A stretch of 29,840 nt of DNA, taken from positions 1 to 29,840 of the IMG/VR virus record IMGVR_UViG_3300012940_000082, one strand, 5' to 3'. Positions 24,237 through 29,840 of this stretch are shown here, in pieces. The notes beneath the pieces are model-generated. The model searched no databases. It saw nothing but the letters and a program-made list of their open reading frames with translations, and had not been told where the DNA came from. Positions within the stretch are counted from its first letter, which is position 1; the number at the start of each line of letters is the position of its first letter. Position numbers and translations under genes: made by a program. Origin of the DNA: a virus (Duplodnaviria > Caudoviricetes).

Positions 24237-25725
24237 GGATCGCTTCCTCCCGGAACGATTGCGTAAAGGCGTCGGCGAAGTCCGGCGACCGGCCCAGCCG
24301 CTCCATGAAGTCGGCCTTGTCCTCGAGGCAGTAGCGGTCGCCCTTGAGCTGGCCCCGGAGCTCGCGCAGCTCGTCGAGGATCGCGTCCAGCTCCGGGTGG
24401 CTGGGGATGTGGAACGGCCGGTCGTTGGGCTTGCCGTCGATGTAGGAGTCGGGGTCGAGCCGGCGGGCGAACGCGGCGGCCGTCGCCGACCGCATGTTGC
24501 CGAACCGCTTGCCGAGGTTGCGGCCGCCGAAGTAGGGGACGGCCCCCACGACGTGCTTGGCCGGCAGGGCGTTCTTCATCTTGGCCCCGGTGGTCCCCGC
24601 CGCGTCGTAGCTCACGTCGCACGCCTCGACGGACCACTTGTGCATCAGCTCGGCGATCACGCCGGCCGTCTCGTGGGCCCCGCCGAAGGCGTCGGCCCGG
24701 ACCTCCAGGATGCCCACGTCGTCCCGCACGACCACGACGCTCCGGGCGTTGCCGACGCCCTCGCCCACGTCGCAGGCGATGCGCCGCCTGCCGGCCTTCC
24801 TCGCCTTGCGCCAGGCGGCGGCGGAGGCCTCGGCCGCCGAGCTGATCGCCAGTTCCAGCCACTCGGGCTGGATCAGGATCTCCGACGAGAGCTTGGGGCG
24901 GATCGCGAGGACGTGGGCCTTGAACCACAGGGAGGCGCGGCCCCACTTGCGGGCCATCGCCTCGATCCAGGTCTTGTCGGCGAGCCCGACCGGCGACTTC
25001 TCCAGGCCGGCGTGCGGGCTGTCGGTGCTGGGGGTGTTGATGTACTTCACGGCCTGGGAGGCGGGGACGCCGTTGCGTTCGTCGGCCTCGCCGCGGAGGC
25101 ACAGGTTGACGAACCCGCCGACGGGCCGGATCGGGTTGCCGTAGCCGACCAGCTTGGTGTACTTCAGGCCGTCGAGGGCGTCCCAGACGTGGTCCTCCAC
25201 GCCCGACGCCTCGCCGACGAGCACGAGCAGGTTCTCGGCGTGCTGGCCCGACATGCGTTCGATCGTGGTGGTCGAGAACCCCAACGCCTGCCACCCCGGC
25301 TTGACTTCGAGCACCTGGGGGCTCGCCTTGATCCCTCCCGTCAGCCGCGCGGGGAGGAGTCCGGCCTTGACGAACGGGCAGCCCTCGATGGACCGCCGCA
25401 GCTCCTTCCAGGTCACCGAGCCGAGCAGGGTCTGCGACGGGCCGGTGACGACGACGAGCGAGTGGGGCCGCGTGTAGAGCCACCAGGGGACGATGCAGCC
25501 GCCGAAGAACCAGTCCTTGCCGAGGGCGTTGCCGGTCTCGATGGCGACCGTGTAGTGGTCGACGAGGGCCTTGGCCCAACGCTTCTGGATCTCGTGGCAG
25601 GGCGACCGGCAGAGCACCTTGTCATTGAAGAGGATCGGGTCGTTCCGGCACCGGACCAGGAGCCTCGCCAGCCTCTCGCTCGGCGTCCCTGAGGCGGTCT
25701 TCGATGTCGTCGTTGCTGGGGGCAT
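24229..25725 (-). CDS. terL: Terminase large subunit (about 498 aa)
   Basis: VAIETGNALGKDW (Walker A), LLVLVGEASG (Walker B position), GYGNP (motif III), IACDVGEG, SYDAAG, SPDFADA (RNase H-like nuclease); exact start uncertain. Confidence 0.9.
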   Translation of the reverse strand: MPPATTTSKTASGTPSERLARLLVRCRNDPILFNDKVLCRSPCHEIQKRWAKALVDHYTVAIETGNALGKDWFFGGCIVPWWLYTRPHSLVVVTGPSQTLLGSVTWKELRRSIEGCPFVKAGLLPARLTGGIKASPQVLEVKPGWQALGFSTTTIERMSGQHAENLLVLVGEASGVEDHVWDALDGLKYTKLVGYGNPIRPVGGFVNLCLRGEADERNGVPASQAVKYINTPSTDSPHAGLEKSPVGLADKTWIEAMARKWGRASLWFKAHVLAIRPKLSSEILIQPEWLELAISSAAEASAAAWRKARKAGRRRIACDVGEGVGNARSVVVVRDDVGILEVRADAFGGAHETAGVIAELMHKWSVEACDVSYDAAGTTGAKMKNALPAKHVVGAVPYFGGRNLGKRFGNMRSATAAAFARRLDPDSYIDGKPNDRPFHIPSHPELDAILDELRELRGQLKGDRYCLEDKADFMERLGRSPDFADAFTQSFREEAILG

Positions 25726-26119
25726 CGGGCTGCTTGTCCCGCCATTGGTCCGGGCGCCGGTTCTTGAGCCAGAAGATGCAGGCGGTGGTGTCGGGCGGGT
25801 AGTGCTGGACGTATTCGCCCTGGACGATCTGGCCTTCGTAGTTGAAGAGCTTCACCGCGTCGTGCGAGTAGCCCAAGGCCCGCCGGTAGAGCCGGTCGGC
25901 CACCTCGGCGTCGGCGAGGATCTTGCCGCTTTTTAGGGACTTACAAAACTCGGGATGGGCCTTCTTCCAACGGTTGATCGTGAGCTCGCTGACCTCGAAG
26001 AAGTCGGCCAAATCCTTGTCGGTCGCGCCGAGCCGGCAGAGCTTTGCGGCCTGCTCCGCCATCTCGGGGCGGTACTTCGACGGGGCCCCGCCGGGCTTCT
26101 TCGGGGCTTGTTTGGCCAT
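25622..26119 (-). CDS. terS: Terminase small subunit (165 aa)
   Basis: GAPSKY...LGATDKDLADFFEVSELTINRWKKAHPEF...LYRRALGY...YPPDTTACIFWLKNRRPDQWRDK. Confidence 0.9.
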   Translation of the reverse strand: MAKQAPKKPGGAPSKYRPEMAEQAAKLCRLGATDKDLADFFEVSELTINRWKKAHPEFCKSLKSGKILADAEVADRLYRRALGYSHDAVKLFNYEGQIVQGEYVQHYPPDTTACIFWLKNRRPDQWRDKQPDAPSNDDIEDRLRDAEREAGEAPGPVPERPDPLQ

Positions 26120-26150
26120 AGGGTCGACGTCTCGTCGAACGTGGGGATCT

Positions 26151-26810
26151 TCACGAGGGGAGCTTGGACGGGTCCGTGGGGATGTCGTCGCCGCTGAGGG
26201 TGTTGACGTTGTGCTCGATGGCCTCGACCTTGGCGGCCGTCTGCTTGACGACCTTGACGACCTTCTCCTGCTTGGCCTCGGCCCGGTCCTGCTTGTGCTT
26301 GTACTCGTCGAGGCTGGCCGTGAGGCTGGAAACAGTGGCCTCCATCTGGAGCAGCCGGCCGATCATCGCTCGGTTCTCAGTGCGGAGCTTGTCGACCTCG
26401 GTCTTGAGCTCCCGATTCTCGGCCTCGACCACTTCCAGCCTCGCCTCTGCCTTATTCCGGAGCTTAAGCTCCGCTTTGTAGTCGCCCCCCCAGGTCTGAT
26501 ACTCCCGGGTGTCCTCTAGGATCTTGGCGGCGGCGTCATCCGACCGATTCTTTCGGCGGGCCGCAGCCGCCATGAGGTAGAGCTGCACGCCGAAGGCGGC
26601 GAAGGCGAAGGCGGTCCCGGTCCACGCGACGTTGGAGCCGCCGAGCTGGCCCACGACGTCGCCAGCCTTGTCGCCGGCGGCGTCGGCGGTCTGGGCCACG
26701 CTCCCGGCAAGCGAGGCCAGCGCGCTGACTCCACCGGCCGCCACGGGGTATTGGATCAAACGGTTGGGCATATCCGCCTCGGCGGCCGAGGTCATCAGGT
26801 CGGTGGCCAT
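26151..26810 (-). CDS. Membrane-anchored coiled-coil protein, candidate lysis component (219 aa)
   Basis: TM segment AWTGTAFAFAAFGVQLYLMAAAA then RRKNR and long heptad-rich region; GGAGG RBS. Confidence 0.7.
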   Translation of the reverse strand: MATDLMTSAAEADMPNRLIQYPVAAGGVSALASLAGSVAQTADAAGDKAGDVVGQLGGSNVAWTGTAFAFAAFGVQLYLMAAAARRKNRSDDAAAKILEDTREYQTWGGDYKAELKLRNKAEARLEVVEAENRELKTEVDKLRTENRAMIGRLLQMEATVSSLTASLDEYKHKQDRAEAKQEKVVKVVKQTAAKVEAIEHNVNTLSGDDIPTDPSKLPS

Positions 26811-26871
26811 CGGGCTGCGTCGCCCTCCACGGTTGCGGCCCCGCGTCGGGCCTGGGATGCGGGGGCGGCGA

Positions 26872-27279
26872 TCAGGCCTTGGGCTTGCCGATGATCAGCG
26901 GCAGGAGCTTGACCAGCAGGTTGCCGAGGGCGATCACGATGGGCAGCACCTGGCCCGAGTCCACCTCGCCGTAGGTCGCGCCGAGCGTCGGCTTGGCGGC
27001 GAGGGAGTCCAGCGAGTCGGCGACTTCGTCGAAACTGCCGAAGTCGCTCGGGATCGCGACCGCGACCCCCATGCCGTCGACCTGGACGATCTCGACAGTG
27101 GATGGGGTGACCATGGAGGCCACGCCGACCACCGGCTTGCCGGAGCCGAGCGCCAGGCCCATGCCGTAGCCGATGACGTCGTAGGCGGCCTCCGCGAAGG
27201 CGACGTCGTACGTCGAGGTGCGGATGGCCTTGGTCACGACGGCCACCGCGTCGACCGGAAACTCTTTCGGGAAGGGCAT
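26872..27279 (-). CDS. Hypothetical protein with C-terminal hydrophobic helix (135 aa)
   Basis: Start re-called to ATG 27279 after AAGGA; ends VLPIVIALGNLLVKLLPLIIGKPKA. Confidence 0.75.
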   Translation of the reverse strand: MPFPKEFPVDAVAVVTKAIRTSTYDVAFAEAAYDVIGYGMGLALGSGKPVVGVASMVTPSTVEIVQVDGMGVAVAIPSDFGSFDEVADSLDSLAAKPTLGATYGEVDSGQVLPIVIALGNLLVKLLPLIIGKPKA

Positions 27280-27293
27280 CGGATCGGGTCCTT

Positions 27294-28100
27294 TCAGCGG
27301 GCCGGCGGGGCCGCGTCCTGGGGGTCTTCGTTGACGGCTCGGATGGAGTAGGCCTCGAACCACGAGGTCTTCTCGATGTGCCCACGGCGGAGCCAGCAGA
27401 AGCCGTTCAGGCCCCACCGCGTCCCCCACGAGTTGAGCATCCGCACGGCCCACTCGCCGTTGGCGAGCTTCTTGAGGCCGCCGCCGACCATAACCGCGTG
27501 GTTGCAGGGCCCGAACGCGGGCTCGGGCGGGCAGCCGTCGGCGTCGAGGTTGCCGCTCGACCAGCCGGCGGTGGCGCGGACCGCGAGGTTCAGGGCCCGC
27601 CGCTTGGCGACCTCGGAACAGATGGCGTCGAAGTCCTGGCCGACGGCGGATCCGATCTCGATGCGGAACCGCTTGGAGGCGGCCGAGGCCTCGTCCGAGT
27701 ACCGGCCGGAGAAGTCGCCGTATTTGACCGTCGACTCGGGCGCGACGCCCTGTCGGCAGAGGAGCAGGGCGTCCATGATGTTGGACCCGCGATCCCACCC
27801 CTTCACCAGCGAGCCGTAGACCCACCAGGCCGAGAGCGGCACGTAGCCGAGGCCCTGGATCGCCCGCGAGAACTCGGCCGAGGAGGCGGCGGCGTGGCCG
27901 TTGCACGCCCCGCGGCCATCCTGGTCCTTCGTGCCCACCTCTTCCGGCCACGCGTCGAACGCCTGGAGCTTGGAGCGGGGGATGACGTCCCCGACCGGGC
28001 CGGCGAACATCCGCACCTTGCCCTCGTCGGAGGGCGTCAGGTTGAGGATCCGCTTGTGGCCGTCGGGCGTGATGATCGACTCGAATTCGCCGGTGCTCAC
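27294..28100 (-). CDS. Papain-like cysteine peptidase, family C1 (268 aa)
   Basis: Start re-called to GTG 28100 (GTGA overlap); KDQDGRGACNGHA (Gln, Cys), NHAVMVGG (His), MLNSWGTRWGLNGF (Asn). Confidence 0.92.
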   Translation of the reverse strand: MSTGEFESIITPDGHKRILNLTPSDEGKVRMFAGPVGDVIPRSKLQAFDAWPEEVGTKDQDGRGACNGHAAASSAEFSRAIQGLGYVPLSAWWVYGSLVKGWDRGSNIMDALLLCRQGVAPESTVKYGDFSGRYSDEASAASKRFRIEIGSAVGQDFDAICSEVAKRRALNLAVRATAGWSSGNLDADGCPPEPAFGPCNHAVMVGGGLKKLANGEWAVRMLNSWGTRWGLNGFCWLRRGHIEKTSWFEAYSIRAVNEDPQDAAPPAR

Positions 28101-28666
28101 TTGGCGGCCCCCCTGAGCGCGCGGACCGCGGCGACCACGCTGTCCTTGTCCTGGACCTTGGGCAGCACCTTGATCACGGCGGCGGTCTTCTCGCCGGCCT
28201 TCTGCTCCTGCACCACGATGCACGGCAGTTCGCCGAGCTTATCGCGGATCTGCAGCCGGTCGATCACGTCCTGGTTGTCGTCGTAGGCCCGGGTCGTCGC
28301 CCCCAGCCCGATCAGCTCGGCCGAGTCCGTCAGGCTGCTCTTCACGCGGGCCTGATCCTGGGTCTCCGTCGCCTCGTCGAAGACGTAGGTGAGCCAGAGC
28401 TTGCCCGTGGCGACGGGGGCCGGCGGGGGAGTCGGAGGCTGCGGGTCGGGCGTGGGGGTGGGCGTCGGCCCAGGGCCGGGCTCCGGCGCGGGGTCGTTCG
28501 CCCAGGTGATCCGGATCCACCCGTCCCCGTACTCGACCTTCGTGGCCCCGGGGGTCTGCACCGTGTACGACCCGGCCGGCCCGACGATGATCGGCGGCGT
28601 CTGCGCCCCCGCGCTCGACGCGAGGAGCAGCGCGGCGAGCGGGGCGAGGATGAGGCGTGTCAGCAT
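28097..28666 (-). CDS. Secreted protein: signal peptide, Pro-rich linker, thioredoxin-like C-terminal domain without CxxC (189 aa)
   Basis: Start re-called to ATG 28666; MLTRLILAPLAALLLASSAGA|Q signal; PAPEPGPGPTPTPTPDPQPPTPPPAP linker; KLWLTYVFDE and ELPCIVVQ (cis-Pro-like). Fold call is tentative. Confidence 0.7.
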   Translation of the reverse strand: MLTRLILAPLAALLLASSAGAQTPPIIVGPAGSYTVQTPGATKVEYGDGWIRITWANDPAPEPGPGPTPTPTPDPQPPTPPPAPVATGKLWLTYVFDEATETQDQARVKSSLTDSAELIGLGATTRAYDDNQDVIDRLQIRDKLGELPCIVVQEQKAGEKTAAVIKVLPKVQDKDSVVAAVRALRGAAK

Positions 28667-28712
28667 GGGTAGGTTACGCCTGAGGCTGGTGGGCAAGGCC
28701 TGTTTCGAAACG

Positions 28713-28745
28713 CCCACGCCCCCGGGTGTGATCCGAGGGCGTGGG
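28713..28745 (-). terminator. 13-bp hairpin, possible weak terminator before the peptidase cassette
   Basis: Minus strand CCCACGCCCTCGG-atcacac-CCGGGGGCGTGGG (one G.U), followed by CGTTTC. Confidence 0.5.
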
Positions 28746-28774
28746 GTGTGCGATGCGGCGGGGATCGGGTTGTG

Positions 28775-28888
28775 TCAGGTCGGCCCGGCGAACAGGGCCA
28801 CCAGCAGGTACGCGGCGACGATCAGGGCGTAGACGGCGATGATGGAGACGAACTCCTGGGCGTTCAGCTCGTCGCCCTGATCGTCCAT
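28775..28888 (-). CDS. Single-TM micropeptide (37 aa)
   Basis: Not in ORF track; MDDQGDELNAQEFVSIIAVYALIVAAYLLVALFAGPT; GGAGAGGGGG RBS; nearly all GC-ending codons. Confidence 0.7.
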   Translation of the reverse strand: MDDQGDELNAQEFVSIIAVYALIVAAYLLVALFAGPT

Positions 28889-28901
28889 CGTCGCCCCCTC
28901 T

Positions 28902-29139
28902 CCGCCGCGCCGCGTGATCGTCGAGCGTCGGCAACCTGGGACCGGCCGCCCTTGATTTTGCCAGTCACGACAGCCGGCCCCAGGCAGGAGATAACAAGCC
29001 CCTCGCGTGCTTACGCTTCATGCGGCCCTCCGGTCGGGCGTCCGGCGGTCGATGAACACGCGAGGGGCCTGGATTGGAACCGCCGCCGGGTAGGGTTCGC
29101 GCTTCGAGATGTTGGTCTCGTGTGCACCCGGCGGCGGTT
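28902..29139 (-). ncRNA. Candidate structured RNA: four consecutive hairpins in late-operon leader
   Basis: Stems 29078-29091/29126-29139 (14 bp perfect), 28998-29009/29057-29068 (12 bp perfect plus inner helices), 28935-28950/28969-28984 (16 bp with 3 G.U on minus strand), 28902-28934 (bulged); no credible ORF. Confidence 0.6.
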
Positions 29140-29143
29140 GGCT

Positions 29144-29500
29144 TCACACCCCGCCCCGGAGTCCGGGGGAGGGCTTGTATTTCTTCCGATCCTTCGGCAG
29201 GGGCTTGGCCCGCATCTTCGGGTGGTCGTCGAATCCCGAGACGTAGCAGGTCAGGCACACGGTCGCTTCCCCCACCTGGATCGGGTCGTGTTCGCAGCGA
29301 GAGTGGTCGAGCCGCAGGGCGAACTCGTTCGGGCTCGGGATCCGCCCGGCCCCCGTCTCGGCGTCGTACGCCTCGGCGATCCACCGGTAGGCCGTCGACG
29401 CCGCCACGTCGAACTCCCGGCAGATGTCGGCCACCGGGACCGCGCTCCGCTCCAGGGCGATCACCAGGCGTCGAAGGTCTCGGCGGCTGAGCGTCGGCAC
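29144..29500 (-). CDS. HTH DNA-binding protein with C-terminal Cys/His zinc-site candidate (118 aa)
   Basis: VPVADICREFDVAASTAYRWI HTH; CEH...VCLTC; GTG start after GGAG, just downstream of promoter. Confidence 0.75.
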   Translation of the reverse strand: MPTLSRRDLRRLVIALERSAVPVADICREFDVAASTAYRWIAEAYDAETGAGRIPSPNEFALRLDHSRCEHDPIQVGEATVCLTCYVSGFDDHPKMRAKPLPKDRKKYKPSPGLRGGV

Positions 29501-29509
29501 TGGGCGTAC

Positions 29510-29544
29510 TCCGGGCGGGATAATGGGAGTTTATCCCGCCCGGA
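29510..29544. repeat. Perfect 14-bp inverted repeat around the -10 element (operator or cruciform)
   Basis: TCCGGGCGGGATAA-tgggagt-TTATCCCGCCCGGA. Confidence 0.85.
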
Positions 29545-29556
29545 ACTAGATGTCAA
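29528..29556 (-). promoter_or_regulatory. Near-consensus sigma70 promoter facing the late operon
   Basis: Minus strand TTGACA (29556-29551), 17-nt spacer, TAAACT (29533-29528), AT-rich upstream DNA in a high-GC genome. Confidence 0.8.
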
Positions 29557-29840
29557 ACAATTAGCAAGAACATGGTAGCAACTAGACTTGCGACCGATCC
29601 AAGTTCTCGCAGGGACGCCTCGGAATTCTCAATTCGATCAACCGTCCCCAGTCAGACCGAGGTGTACCGCGGGATCACAGACGCCCCGCTTTCCTCAGAA
29701 CCTCGTGGACGCAGCTAGGGTGCCGAGGCTTGCGAGGCCGCGACCGGAGCCATTCCAGGACGTCGCGAAGACCTTGCTCGTCGTGCTGGTGATGCGCGGC
29801 CAACGTTTCGATCAGAAGTCGCCCACTTCCAATCAGCGAA

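Larger units (their letters stand above)
1..29840. mobile_element. Temperate tailed phage genome segment (siphovirus-like), extending beyond both window edges
   Basis: Integrase, xis-like HTH, terS, terL, portal, scaffold, major capsid, tail tube and tape measure in canonical order; dense ATGA/GTGA-coupled genes; no host housekeeping gene and no tail sheath gene seen. Confidence 0.95.

Noticed and set aside
28097-28400. Active disulfide reductase
   Set aside because: No CxxC and only one Cys; at most a redox-inactive thioredoxin-like fold.
28902-29139. tRNA gene or protein-coding ORFs in the structured leader
   Set aside because: Stems are too long for a cloverleaf and lack T/D-loop consensus; overlapping ORFs (28965-29384, 28748-29578) have shadow-frame composition.
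29640-29840. Possible 3' end of a minus-strand gene at the window edge
   Set aside because: At least two frames are open and neither shows clear codon bias or motifs; cannot be called without flanking sequence.

Overview
The whole window is a slice of a high-GC (roughly 70% by eye) temperate tailed phage genome with a siphovirus-like layout; no host housekeeping genes are visible. Left (+ strand, 1-2386): the end of an early operon of small Cys/Zn-finger ORFs, a tri-domain gene carrying a DUF5664-type dATP/dGTP diphosphohydrolase domain, and an excisionase-like HTH. These converge on a tyrosine integrase (-), followed by an AT-richer attP-like interval and two small + strand genes. Right (- strand, about 29556 down to 4645): one long late operon. 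In transcription order it runs: near-consensus sigma70 promoter overlaid by a 14-bp inverted repeat, HTH/Zn gene, a ~240-nt multi-hairpin RNA element, small membrane peptide, secreted thioredoxin-like protein, papain-like C1 peptidase, two membrane proteins, terS, terL, portal, scaffold, major capsid, decoration protein, head-tail and tail genes, tape measure, tail-tip hub, Cys-rich tail proteins, an embedded thermonuclease plus sigma factor, a beta-helix spike and a repeat fibre. The host is inferred, not shown, to be a planctomycete (Isosphaeraceae-like), from GC content, integrase motif style and CCC-start tail proteins. Best leads: (1) a protease-centred cassette at the lysis position with no recognisable murein hydrolase in the window; (2) the strand-specific structured RNA in the late leader; (3) a reciprocal Walker A/B substitution in TerL; (4) a nuclease-sigma pair inside the tail operon. 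All functional calls come from motifs read by eye; no database searches were run.
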